A stretch of DNA of 64,000 bases from Tubiluchus corallicola (GCA_030141605.1 JAQGDQ010000020.1:434001-498000), one strand, 5' to 3'; positions 12,701 to 27,700 are shown, numbered from the stretch's first letter. Program-made: numbers and translations. Notes: generated from the letters alone by a model not told the origin.

Positions 12701-15700
12701 ACAACCACGCCGCAAAAGAAAAACGTTTGTTAAATTAAGCATGCCTTTGAAGTTATTTCCTATGTATGGCGCAAAATCAGATAAGCAAATAAATACTTGA
12801 AAAATCTTTTAAAACTTTTTTATCTTTGGAATTTAAGAAATCGATCATTTTACCAGGGGGGTACAATTGTAAAAAATACAATACAGAAAAAGTGAGTAAT
12901 GAAGAATTATATAGCAACGGGAACAGCTGACTGTTAGCTGTGCGACCTTCGCTGTAAAAGTAAAGCACAAGAGAACCCTTTACATACATAAAGCAAAAAA
13001 TCGTGTTGCGCTTTTGTATCACCTTACTCCTTAACTGCGCACAGCACTTGTATTATCAGCAACGCAGTATAAAACTTGAAAACTTAAACTCCCTCTGTGA
13101 CCGTTAGGCACAGCCATTTGACCGGTAGATTGTTTGAAACAAATTTAGGTAACATTGCGTAAATTTGAAAAAATCATCACAGTATTCCTAGGTACACTTC
13201 ACTAGCTAAGCAAAAATATAAATTACTTACTTCATCTTGTCATTTGTCAATAAAATTAAAAATATTTTTGGCGAATCAGCTTGAACACTAGGAAGGTGAG
13301 TGAGTGACATTTTATCAGTAGACGCGAACATTTTAAATTAGTAAGCCTCTTCTCTTCTAGTTATATAAGTATTTCAAACAGGTATTTGGAACATACTTTA
13401 AAACTGCCTAAAGTTTCTTCCTCTTTAAGTAACGCCGGAACTGGTTAGCAAATGGACAAGTGACTATCGAATAAACTGTCTCTGGACGGCTTCAAGTTCA
13501 TGTGTAATGTTTGTATTCCAATATTCCCTTTATTCACAACCGTTATATGCAATACGTGAATGTGAATGAGGCAGCAATTCGGCTCAGTGTCTCATTTGAG
13601 GGGTCTATACATGATAATTACTCAGATTCTGGTACTGCCACACCACCTAGGTTAAAGGAAGACAGGATGATTTTTCATATACTACCTCATTTTCAAGTCA
13701 AATAAAAACACATTTTAACACAATTAATACTGCAAAAGCGTTTCTGATAATTAATTAATGGTGGGCGAGACCAACTATTGATGACATCTTTAACTAACAA
13801 TTTTCAACAGCAAAAATATTCCATTAGCGTGTTGCACGTGTTTGCAAAAGCGAAAATTGAAGTACAGTGCTACTGTAAGTTGTTCAGTGTGTTGTACTAA
13901 AATCAGACAAGTTTTAATATAAAAAATTAAAATTTCAGATTTACCGCTGTGCTCACGCATGAGCTGTCGAACGTGTGTAGTTCGTCACAAACTAATACAT
14001 CTGAATTGAGAAGTACAGCATCTGTTTTTTGTGCAATGCGCTTCCGAGATGCAGGCACTGGTGCCTGTCTAACTAGCGAATGGCGAAATGCATGCAACGA
14101 TGAGGAACTAGTGGCGCGAACGCGAACGCGAAATTGTGTTTGTGTGGTAATAATTCTTTCACGTAAGTCATTTTTGAAAAAATAGTATGTTTACTTCAAT
14201 ATTTTAAAGATTAGATTGTTTTGATCTACAGTTTAAGATTGTTTTGTTTTAAGTAAGTCCGCTACTGAGCACTGGATCAGGCCGAACTGCACAAAAAAGC
14301 CGTACGGACTTCCCGAACTTGACATGCACACAGAAAAAGCACAGGCAAAAAGGATATTTTAGTCAATCATGGGTAAACAATTCTCACAGAGTTTGCTGTA
14401 TACGGAAAACATATTTTGTCTGATAAGCTGACATGTGACGAATTCACCGATTACGAATACGCTTCTATCGGTAGCTTCATCGGTATTATAATGAGATGCA
14501 AATTATATCGTTACTACCAGGTCAGTGTCAGAATTAATTATTCCTAATTACAAGGGTTGGTACTGGTACCGCAGGTAGTGAATACGTGGTATTAAGAACA
14601 ACACCTAGAAGGATTAGGAAATAGTGACACACACAAAACACAAAATAGGACAATTTTTACATAAACTACGTGGTTAAAACGACATGTATGCAGTATTTAC
14701 AAACGTGCGTAGAACGACCCTAACCTATCCAACACCGATATTGTGCTTTCTGGCAGACATAAATATCAAACAAGCAAGCAAGCAGACAAACAAACAAAAA
14801 ACGTTTAGGGGAATTTCTAGTCTACAAATTTTGAGAATTCAATTTCAATTTGAGACATTCGCTTGCAATGTGACATTAAAAATTAGTTCAATTTACAGCT
14901 AAAGAGAAGATAGTCTTCAGGATTGATATAGGCTTCAACTAGAAGCACAGAACGCATAACGGCATGAACTATCGGACACATATTTGTTACCATGTGCATA
15001 AAAAATACAATTTTGATACAAATATAAATCACACAACACATGTGATTCATAATGTTGCACTTATCTGATATCTGTTACATGTCGTGGCCCAATGCCGTTG
15101 TGTGTTAACTCACTCTTCTGTTTAAACTTTGTAGTGTGAAACAGTAGTGAAATTATTTGATCTGAAATTCGGTAGTTTCTCCAAGCCACCTGGTGCAATT
15201 CTGTAATATATAACGCAGTTGTTCTATGTCTGCATTAATACTTTAATAAGGAAGTTTAGTAACTGTTCTGCTAATGTTAAATCCCTTCTTTTCAAAATTT
15301 ACTGTTGTACCTTCTATTGTTGTTCACTCTGAGTTAATTTAGACAAATACACCCTTGTGTAAATTAAGTGAACCAATGCATAAAAATGAATGAAAATGCG
15401 TTGTTTTCTTATAATTCAAAACACTCATTTTAATCACTCTGATAATTTTCGGAATATAATTTCGTTTCGGCATGGAATTCACAAAAAAATCTGAGCGACA
15501 TGGTACCACAGCTGGATGATGACATCTATCAGCTTCTGCCTGGCGATACACTCTGTTCTCGCAGGCGCAGCTTGACAATCAACCACAAGTTTTCAACTGG
15601 GCTTAAATCCGAAGAGGTGCCGTGTCAGTAAACTTTAGCGGTCTCATTTTTCAAGAAATTTCTGGCGACGTTCCCCATGGAACATAGGGAACGACTTTCG

Positions 15701-18700
15701 CATAACAATAGGCAAAATTAGGCCAATTCATGTCAGAAATGCTGTTAAGGGGATTTCATAATCTGCAAGTCGCAGTTCATGGCTGGAAAATACCATGAGA
15801 GGTGGGAAAAATGCCGTAAAATCTGTCAGTCGTTCAATTAATTTGCACAAGCGTGTATATTCTAGAGAAACTTAGGGTGTCGTATATGGTATAAGGAAAT
15901 TTTTTAAATTTAAACACATATGATTGCAATGCATCTCAGGAGTGTGTAAATTTATTTCTTCTACACTTTATTCATATACGACGCAAGTGTTAGTGTGATC
16001 TGCTTACCAGAGTTGTGCAATCTGGCAGTGCTCTGGCGGCAAATATTGCAAATGACTCTGATGTACGGTATATTTCGACTCTTTTTTTGTTTGTGGACGT
16101 CCTTCTAATATTTTTTGTTGTTGTTTATTTTATCCTTCACTGGGTCTTCATACCGGTAAATAGTTGAATGCTAAATGAACAACTGTTTCCCTTTCTTAAG
16201 CATATCTCGAAATTCTTTAATAATTATAGTAGAAAACGTAAATAACATACCCCAGTATGTGATTAACTGGTAACTCTTTACCTTCTGAAGGACGCAAAAT
16301 GAGAACTTTGAATTATTACTGCAATTTAATTTTAGATGTGCGTGCAAGATAAAGATAGTTAAAGTGATCATATTAGCAGCATAATGATCTTCTGTCTAAA
16401 GACGAAATATGCGGTCCACATGAATATTTTTGAAATTAAGTAATTATGCATCATTACAAAGATAAAATACGCGCATTACTGAAAATTACACAAATATGAA
16501 ACATCGTAATTTCGCAGGAAGCAAGGGAAAAAATAACAGGCGGTGTAGTTGGCATGCGTGACAGAACTGGAAATAAACGTTTGAGTATGGATAATTTTTT
16601 CTGATTTTTCTGCTCAATTACACAAAATGCATTCCTGTACTGAAATAATATTTGGAAGTTTGCAACTCCCCTGTTCAGGTTTTATCATTTGAAACTCAAA
16701 CCTGCGGGCAATACAGTTTTATCCTACAGGTATGTGTTTTCAAACACAAACCTCAGGCAGAAGTTGTTGTCGACGCTGGTTTCCTATCTACTAAAAAAAC
16801 AACAATATGAAAGCGACGACAACAATAACAATGACGAGAAATTCGACCAAATAATGGCGATGACGATGGCAATGAGTGATGGATGGCGATGGTGAAAACA
16901 ACAACCACAACACGGATACCACCATCACCAGCTTACCATCATCAGCGGCAACATTAGTCATCCTCAACGAATAGTAGGTTTCAATTGTGAATGTGATTGT
17001 GAATAAGGCTCGTCATTATAAAGCTAATAGTGCAGCATCAGAAAAAATTCAAATCCTGAAGTAATGTAGTACAGGTAAAAACTGCTAATTTTAATATCTG
17101 CTGAACAATTTAGCGAAAATACCAGTCAACGCCACAAACACAATACAAATACGGACAAACAAGTCGAAACCACAAACTTGCAAGCTGTTTTAATTGCTTT
17201 TCACTTAATCAGTTTCATTTTTCTCACGTCTGATTCTCTTGCACAGATAATCGAAAAAAGTCAGTGTAAGCCTGGAACAACGGTTTGCCTGCCCATTTAA
17301 CTACAACAAACATATGCCTATACAGTTCTTCAAAAAAAATTAGAAAAAGGACCAAAAGAAGACTCATTATGCTACAATTGCTAGTTCACTCCACCGACAA
17401 TTTCTAGACAAAAATGGGAAAAGCTATAAATCATCACGTACTTTAAAAAGAGCAACAAAAGACTAGCAACATAGAAACAAAATTCTACGTACCTTTAAAA
17501 ACCAAATGAAGAAAACTATCTATACAGGGATAGGTGTGCCTGCTGATGTGACATCGCCAATGAAAAGCCCATTTAAACAAACAATACAAACAACGTGAAA
17601 ACCTTGTTCCATTTTCAAAATTATTTAACAGTACATTCAAAACTTGTGACTCTTGAGTATCGCCCTAAAAATCAACCAGAATGAAATGTGACAATGCCAT
17701 CACTTGAGGTTGTTTCTGTTTGTTGTTTACAAGTCTTTTTTACAACAACATTTCTTAACAACAAGTTCATTACTGTACACCATTTACAACTACTCGTGCC
17801 TCAAAGCTTTCAAAATATTACAAAGAACTTATAAAAGAATATTATAAAATTTTGTAGTACAACAAATTATGCATAATTTTAATTGCAAGATTACGAATTA
17901 TTGGTTCATTTACTAAATTTTGAATATAGCCATTTTCGTTATGGCAAAACTAAATAAATAAAGTTGGTGTCTAAATCGGACGACAATGTGTGTGCAAATA
18001 TGCGCATAAATTATCATCACGGTTATTGGCCCTGTATTCTTACGGGCGGGCAGGTATTCATTAGCCAATGTACACATAATGTAGTCAGTGACACAGTGCG
18101 AATAGCACGTGTAAGATGCTGTCACCTAGAAGTTTTTGAAATTATCAACATGAGTTTTGGTAACCGGTTTAAATGTAACCCACTACTTAATGGTTTGTTC
18201 GGTTGACATAGAAAGTTCTGGTCACGCTCTTCGCGAGTTTCTTCGTTCTCTTATAAGTCTATCTAAATATCAACCCGTCCATTCATTTTTCTTTCATACA
18301 TTTATTTATTTATTCTTTCTTTCATTTGTATATTTGGTCACTCTTTATTTGCTCGCTTTTTCATTCATGTAACATTCCCTTTTCCCTCTTTCTTTGTCTA
18401 CTTTTCGTCTTTCACCCCCCCCCCCCCCCCACCCCGGGAATCTAGACGCCCGGTGTACAAAATAATGTTTTCAAATTATGCGTGTAAACTTTCATATTTT
18501 CGTAGATAATCACGCAAAATTGACTCTTAAATGTTGATTTTATTTCTTTTAACCGCGTTTAAACTAGGTTACACGTGTGTTGTAATTTCACTCACATTTT
18601 TAACAAATAGACTCAGTGAATGTGCATCACTATCGCAATAGGTGCCATCTAGAAGTCAAAATGACTTTTCCATGTCACAAAATGGGACAGTAACAGCTTT

Positions 18701-21700
18701 GCCCTCAGGACTGCAACTGTCTAACCGACAATATAGGAAACCGTCAAAAAGCAAAAGACACACTGCAATTAGTTTAACGTTCTTCAAAAGTAGTCATTCG
18801 AAAAAACATTTTAACCAGTGAATCTTTACCGCCTTTCACTACATAGTACGAAAGCGGTGGCAAAAAACAGTAGAACCACAATTAGGTCAGGAATTGTGTC
18901 TTGTAAGGCTTGAACAAAAAACTGTTGCAAAGCTAAAGAATTAATGAAACAAATGCTTGGCGTATTTTTTGTTTAATTAATCACCAGTCTAACCCAAGCA
19001 ATGATTATTAAGTGATAAGCCCTTTCACAAAAATCCAACACAGACGACTGACTAATTTGTAGTACTCTTTCAAAGTTCTGGCAGCAGAGAGTGAAACTAA
19101 TGGAATATGTAACTGCATTAATTTTAAGCGATGCTCTATTGCAGCTAAGATAATTAACTATCAACTTTAATGAAAACTGAAATAAGGATAAATGAAGACC
19201 AAAACCTGTATTTTTCTAAATTCTATGATAATAAATAAGAGCTTTGGTTTTATGTCAAGTTATATATTTCTTGAGATTAGATTGATTTGTTTCTTAAGAA
19301 TCATGTCCACATATGGAGGTAACATTACTACAAATTGTTTACGATTATACAACCAGATGCTATAACAGGCCATAGATGAAAAGTGCAAGCATAAATATAG
19401 GTCCAGAAAAATTTAATTATCATTGCCCATCGACATACATTTTTTATTTTTTCTGTAATACGGTGTACAGGACCTATGCGCAAACGCTGCTGTTGTCACA
19501 GGATTTCTACCACTGCTTCTGATACTAACGTGGCACTTGAAATTCTGTAGTAGTGGTGCTAAAAGTAATAGTAGGAGTAGGTTTCGTGATATAAATAAGA
19601 GTAATCGGAAAGTGGTCGAATGCACGAATATAGATAACGCATGATTGTTAATACGAGATAACGACGAAATGGGTAAATTTGATATTTTTCTATATGTGAC
19701 ACGTTTACATGACTCTGCTGTTGCCTTTCGTTGTCGTTTTTGTTGCTTTTGCTGCTATGATGATTTGTTCTAATTATCGTTCTTGCTGCCTCTGGTAATT
19801 ACTGTTGTAGTCAGTGTAGTTGCCAACGTTTTCAAAAGCAGCAAGCGAGAGACGTCTTGCAATATCTTCAATAAGCCGTTCAAAACAGTAACATACACAA
19901 CATTTTTCTAAATCAAAATATTTTACTACCCGCGGAGGTGACAGTAAGAATGGGAATTTCTACATCTCCACGTCTGCCCTTGGACATAGCTAGCGAGCAA
20001 ACAGCAAACGAGCACAAATTTACCCCCACGAGCGTGCACAAGTGAATTGCTTAGCAGGACAGATCGAGAAACGGACATTTAACATAGGTAAAACCACCTT
20101 CCTGCATCATTGCACATGGAGAAGAAAATTACATTTAATTTGAGTGGTCTAATTTCTTTTCAAGGAATATGGGCACTTGAGATGCCTGCTCAACTGAAGT
20201 ATGTACATGTACAGGAATGAAAGTTTATTTGCACCAACGATCAGAGCTGCAGGCTTTATAATAAGAATCCGAGAAGTGGCCTGAGCACTATTCCCTTTCA
20301 CATCACTGACTGTGATCTTTTCTTTTTACAAATGTGAAGGCTGTGTTACAGTCACAAATGGAAAAAACAGGGGCCTCACTAGTCACCAACATTCAGTTTT
20401 ACTGAATCTTCTTTAGTATACTTGTCCCAACTAAAAAAAACTAAAAAGCATCAAATATTGGTATTTTTCTCAAGTGGATAAACTCCACGCAGCTTTGTAG
20501 CAGCTACGCCAAAATATGCCATTCTTGGCCTTTTGAGTTCTGACTCTTGAGATAACTGCGGACATCCGTATGTAAATTATACATTAATGTAAATGGCCTT
20601 TAAATAAATATTAAAACGAATGCCCTAATAAAGCCGTCTACTGCACCTAAAATAAATAGCTATAGTGACGCCATGGAAGCTAACTAGTAATTTACTAGGT
20701 GTGACATTTGTGTCTTTAATCTGAGTTTTAATCTTGTACTTCAGGCCATTTACCTTGTTTACACCATGCAGAAAGCAATTATTGCTAAAAATTTATATAA
20801 AAACACAGTCTGAAATTGTAACTTTATGCTGCTCTCAAAATCTAATGTGAAATATTGTCAATGATTTCATCGAAACGTTTCTCTTATTTTTGCGACTTTT
20901 CTATAATTATAAACTTACTGATTGGTTGAAATTGGACAAAGCAATTGCGAAAACGGTGAAAGTACTTATAACAATGAGAACACATGATGAAAAATATTCA
21001 GCTAAGAAGCACAAAGTAAAGCGCTGATGATAACACAACGCAGACATGGTAAAGAAAGTACTGTAGACACGGCAGTGTTTTGTTAAAGAAGTCGGGCATT
21101 AAACTGTAAATTTGCATACATAACAAGCTTTTTGTCGCACGACAAAACTGTACAGGGAAGTGAAAGAATACGGAGAGAATGATGAGAGCTTCACTCTGCA
21201 TGAATTTTACAGCGTCGCTACAGGTAATGTGGGAGTGCAATAATAGTTACTGTTGTCTGATATCAACAAAAATGTTTTGTACGTGCTTTGAAGAAAAAAC
21301 TGGTGAACACTTCATTCAATATTTTCAAAAGCATATTTACACGTATCGAACTGGATCGTATTCGTATAATACCCAAAGTATTCCAATAAAATAGGTTGTA
21401 GTAAGTACGATAGATAAGTAGATAAGTGGCAGCGGCAGCAATAGTCGTCGCCGTCATCGTAGTACAGTATTAGTGGTATAGTAGAATTTTTAATTTGTCT
21501 CACATAATATCATTGCTAATACCATAAATTATTCTAGCTTGAATAGCTTCTAAATTGTTGTCTTAAACTGAATACTTTTTTACTTTGTGATTTGTATGAA
21601 TATCCTGATATCATACTATCTATGCAGCCTTATATATAGTATGATAAGTTTATTACCTTACCTTAGTATTGTAGTGACATTCAACGAAAGTGAAGCATCT

Positions 21701-24700
21701 TGAAATCAAATAAACTAGCAACTACAGCGAGGCTAAAGATGGTCCAATTACTGTTACGTTGATTAGAAGCAGCCTACATTTACCAGACAGTTTAACGGCC
21801 GAAGATTTCTATCAGTAACACGCAGAGAGGACACAATAACCGTACCTTGATAAATTCTTAAACTTTTCAAAATCTATTATGTTGTTGTTATTCAAGATAA
21901 CCATGGGATTAACCAAGATATCAGGGTATCCTCGTACCGGAGATAGCAAATCTTGATATACTATTTTCTCGTGTATCGAACAAAGCATTTAATCCGGGAC
22001 TTTCTACCTCTAATATTTGCGTTCATGTAATTCCGGCTGCCCAATAACCGCGGGAAGCTGTCTTAACGTACTTTCGCTCAAACATTTTCGAGAAAAAACG
22101 TGTCCATTTGCCCCCACGATATAGTATGCGTAGTCTACTTCCGCAAATACAGTACGAAGACATGTTTATTACAGTTTATGGCGCAGGCACAGAGTTTCAG
22201 AACACTTTTCCAATGTTCTTGAGTGTCTACAGCAACAATAGTAATTGCACTTTCATTAAAGAGAAAAAATTTAATTTATGATTCCAGCACGCAAGAGACT
22301 TTTAAAATACATAATCACCAGCGGTTGAACTTCTGTCCTATATAATACTCAGGATTATTCCAAATAACACATCATATTACTCTATATAAGAATATATTTA
22401 TCCCTAGGCTTTAGACTATTCTCTAGAAATTAGTGAGTTAGTGAACACCAAATAGCAAGAAGATTATAATTGTAATCTAATTTATGGCAAATAAAGACAT
22501 ATATGTATATATTATATAGCTGCAAATTTTAAGTAGTATGGTAACTGAAACTGACTATAACTTACACTCATCAGTGTCATGTATTAAATGAGGAAAAATT
22601 GGTTTTGCGGAATAGTCGACGGCTATGAATAAAGGCTGAATAAAAGCCCTGGTCCATCTTGCTTATGATCACAATTTACGATAGCAACATCTCAGAAGTA
22701 TAATACTTTCAATATAAATGTTGATACCTCACCAATTTCAATGCAATTTACAAAGAGACTTTTGCGATTTTCAGTGTATAAGTGCCCTCATATCACACTA
22801 GACCTACCCTTTAATAACACTATTACAACAGTAATTATTTTTACAGCTATACATGTTCTAAATCTTATTATTCAGTACTCATCATTCCTTTCTTTACTGA
22901 CAATGTCATGGCCGCCAACACCAATAGATACAGAACACAAGATATAGATATTCTGAACCAATCCTTGCAATTACAATGCGTAATTATGTTATAGATTGGT
23001 TAAGTTGTTGAATGCCATAACTTCAGAGTATTCATTGATCGTGATACTAAAAACAATAATATGCTTATATATGGAATCACGTGCGAGTGTAGTAATATTG
23101 TAACTTAGCAATATTTATCATGTCCTAGGTATCTGAATTTGAGGAATATAGAACGACATAAACACACACAACGTATCGAAATGAAAAATGAATTACTTAG
23201 TGAAGGGCATAGAATTGTGAATGGGCATTTACTTTTCTAGTGAGGGTACGCTATACTGCCCCTTATATGCACAAGAAATGCCAGGCAGCTGCATTGAGTG
23301 CCATTTCCTATGCAGAAACAATCAGTACTTTCCATCTTAAGAGCTGTTTCTACAGGTGACGGTAATTGTACTTATCGGATTTTGCCGGTGTATATGCACC
23401 GTCCATCAACCGGATATGCTAGAATCGGGTCACCTTTTAGACCGGAAATAGCGTCGCTTGAGTAAAAACACACAATATAACGTGTGTAATTAATGAACCG
23501 CTAATTATAAATGAGACTGTGGAAGGTACAAAAACAGACCCAATTCCGCCATTGCTGTGCGTTGAATTTTAAACCATCGATGCGTCCTAGTTATACAATG
23601 CATTGACAAATCAACTAAGCAACAAAATTGATTTACAAATGAGATTTGTATAACAAACTGATTCACCTAGAGACGATGATACAAGATGGCGGTTCTACAT
23701 GACAATTAAGTTGTCAAAGACAATACTACAGAGGGTAATCACCTTACAGTATGACCATATACACATGGTCACGACCTGTACCATCTAACTCTTAAGACAG
23801 CAATTACTAATTACTAAACCTGCACTATGCTGCTTTTTCAGAGGTCGTCCATGACAAGAAAAGCATAGTGTTTTGGCATTTAAACAAATGGATAGAGAAG
23901 TCTTAACACGATTTCCATAATGAATTTTAATCCACGACACTGAAAATCACAATGACGCCCCTCCACACAAAATCCGATTTTGAAAAAGAATGCGTGACTG
24001 CCAAAACCGAAATTTACTTATCGGCAAGCGAAGCAAAACAAGAGCATGTATTCTGGGTCAAGTTTACTAGCGTAAATGGATAAGAATTAAAATATTGAAT
24101 ATCCAGGTGAATAAAAAATCAAAGAATATTAGAAACTTACAGTTAAGTTTCAAAGCTTTAGTGTCTAACTTCTTAACCGAAATTCTACGAAAATAAATAA
24201 GTAAGCAATTTTTACTTCAATTTAATAAGTAACAAGATGGAGCAAATTATGTGCAAAAAGCTCGTGGCTTTGCACGATATCACATGTATTTACAGGTCGG
24301 TAATATGTAACACGAACATCTTGTTCCTCTAGTTAAGTATACAAGTAGATATTTGCGAAGTTCACCTTCACCTGATTGTACTATTAATATAATATACAGA
24401 GTCTGTTTTTAATTACATGTTGTAGAATATTTTGAATACGTGCCACATTAGTGATGAATTTTATTAGTGTTACCATGCAGATATTAAAGTGCCATGTTAA
24501 GCTAACAAAATTACAGTACTTAATACAACTTACTGAAGTAAAAATCTGTTGGTCATTGAATAAAAGAAAGACCAGCAAGTTACTGTAATAAGGACTGAAG
24601 GAAGTGAAACGTAAAATACAGATTACCCAGATTAGAGGTGGACCAAATTGCTTTTCAGAAAAAGAGAACAATCACCCGTGAAAGCATAATGATGATCCAA

Positions 24701-27700
24701 CGTGACATCATCAACATGAACATCTTAAGGGACCAGCTCTGCATGATTCCTAACTTCTAGTCACTTTCGTGTTCTTTAGAAATTACAAGATTCACAACTA
24801 GATAACATTTTCGTGTGTCTATAGAGTTTTCTGTGCAGATGCAGAAATGAATTTTTTGTACCAGCAAAGTGGTCTTTACTTTTTACAGCCTTGAACTGTG
24901 TTTTAGCTCTTTTTTTAAATTTAAAAGCATTTTTTGGTAATTTCCTACATCAGACTCAGCTACAGGTAGTTGAGACCACGTTGAAAGAATATGAGAATTT
25001 TTTTGTAAACATGTATTTCACAGAAACTTAATAGAACAAACAAAACAACTGGAGTCTAAGCCAGTGAAAGAATTTAATAAGTGAAAGAAAAGAAAATTAA
25101 GACACTTTCAGCTAAACAATAACATACCTTTCGTTTTTTGCAAATTTAGATTTTAAATATTTTGGTATGCTCTACGGTACATTATGATTATGCAGTTTAC
25201 TAGACACAGAAGTATTCAAGGTTGTGTCTCAAAAAATAGTACTGAAGTAAGTTTACTTTAGTGCCAAAACTTCATTATGTATGCAGTACCCAACTACAGG
25301 TGTGTCAGTTGTACTTAGAAATTTACTTATATCTTGAAAGAAAAAGTATTTGTTTGAGTACCTCGTCGTTGTGCTTTATTGTTTAGCTGTTTTATGAGAA
25401 CGTGAAGCGTCTGTTTAGAAATGTACTATTATTTCAACATCTTATGTTCCACGAGTAAAATACTATGAATACATCGGTAGTACCAAGCATGGTGAACTAA
25501 CTAATTAAGAGATTATCAAATTTACCAAATAGCAAAAGCCTGCTGATGGGTTACGATTAATAAAACCTTCTAAACCACTTCTAAACAGGTTTCTCTCCTA
25601 CACGATATGAGTTTTTTACTACCTGTTAATCGCGTTTACACCTTCTCTTTGACAAGAAATGTTCAAGGATGCCATAAAATGATATAAATGTAACAATAAA
25701 GCGCTTGTGCTGTTTAAAATACAAGTTCTCGCCAAACTAACTAGTCTCACGCTGCCACTAGAGAGCCTCAGGTTCACTCTAATAAGCTTCAATAGGATGA
25801 TTACGTCCCAGTTAGCGACCAATAGGTCAAGTTCTCACACAATTTACTGTCAATTTTCCAGAAAATATATAGATTCCTGTCAGCCTTCAGGTTACACGAC
25901 ATTCAGCGACACGACTGTGAACAATTTGCAACTGAGAATTACATGTTCAGATCAAAGAAATACCAGGTAAGAAAACAAACGTGTCATGTAAAAGCAAAAA
26001 ATGTCCTAACTGACATAAATAGTTCTTATTATACCATTCTTACACTTTTTACACTTTTGCAGATCAAATTAGATAGCATATAGTTCCTCTAGAAAGACAG
26101 CATCTAAAGGTGATTTGTAATTGGGAAAAGCTTGTATGCGAAGCTTTGGACGGATGTATCGAGGCACAATAGAACAACTAAACGGCGCTTAAAAATTACA
26201 ACGAAAGTCAACCTGTAATCAATGTTAAGTAAAAAGAATAATTACATTGACCACCTCAGGTCACATGCTTGGAAAAACGTTCACTATAATTTACAAAAGG
26301 TGTAATTTAGCTAGAAGGAGATCAGCCAACATTTATTTCCCCTTAAACGTAACAACATGCTTCCTTTGCAAAAAAATTCGTAAATGCTATTTGAAGTGCT
26401 TATTGTACATGTACTGGGGTTTATGCTTTGCTCAATAGTCAATTGTAGCCCCCTAATCAATCATATCTTTATGCTTTAACAATTTCAATAAATAGGTTTT
26501 CTGATATCACACTCAAGTGCTTACATTCTATCTGTCTAAGAAGAAGTTCCCAGAGAACTAAAAATTACAAGTCAGATTTAATAAAGCTAAGCATTATTTT
26601 GATTAAAAGAATATCATAAAGTTATACCACAGTTTATTCTTACGGTGTGCTAATATTAATGACAAACTGACAGATAACAGTAATTATATAAATATAATTT
26701 ATCATTCTGATGCTATCCATTTGGGCTAACAACTGCCAAATCCGACACATACAGCAAATTCTCTATACTTTCTGTAAAATATGGTGATTGCACACGAAAA
26801 TTGGTAGTTCTCCCATCCTTGACACAAGTTGTTTTGTCGCAGTGCGTGCAGGAATTAGACTCCGGTAATTGTGGGTTTTAGCACCAGTTCTGCTAGATTT
26901 TTCATGTTTTAACATGCTAAGTACTATACAGTTATATATGTATGTACACTAAACACAAGTACAACAAGGAATAAATAAAAGGTGTCCTAAGCAAAAACAA
27001 CAGAATACATCACTGCTTTTAATAAGCAAACCCAGACTTAATTTGCAAAATGACCTTTTTCCCAGAAATGATACGAGTTTGTTGGAAGGGAATTACATAT
27101 TAAATGAAATAGCAAACATACTTACTTTGTAAGCTCGGCTATTATTGGTGGAAGTTCTTCAATTTTATTACTGGATACATTCAGCTCTTGCAGTGTAGTT
27201 ATGTGGCATATGGCACTGGGGAATATGAAGATGTCGTTATCTGATAGATTCAGAGTATGGAGATTCTGAAAGCTGGGCAAATCATCCACCCATCCTGTAA
27301 TAGTCATAAACTGTTAAATGTTGAGGGAAAGGTCGGCTGACCTCTGTAGTATTCAAAAATCTTTATAGCATTTAACTTACGCCTGAAGTCAACACACATA
27401 TTCATTGCAGAACAAATTTAATCTTTTTGCATAGCAAGATGATACAAAGATGACATATAATTACTATAACCAATCTTAACCTTCATATGGTAACTAGAAA
27501 GATTACATACAATGAATTATATTTAAGTACAGGGTGTCTGGAAATGAAAGCTTTGGCTGTACTTAAAAGTAATCATTAGCAGATATGAACATACACATTT
27601 CAATCAGTAAAATATTTCTTATTTAAAGTTTTTTTTAATTTTTTCGAAACTTGTTATCAGAAAAAATCACCAACATTCTTGAAAAAAAGATAAAGACATC

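Noticed and set aside
20914-21240. Hydrophobic minus-strand ORF resembling a membrane or secreted protein
   Set aside because: Explained by T-rich composition; contains a stop and has no coherent exon chain.
3226-27125. An array of variable first exons (protocadherin/UGT1 style) feeding PHLPP exon 6
   Set aside because: The few phase-2 donors share no sequence similarity or regular spacing, and several consensus donors are expected by chance in 24 kb.
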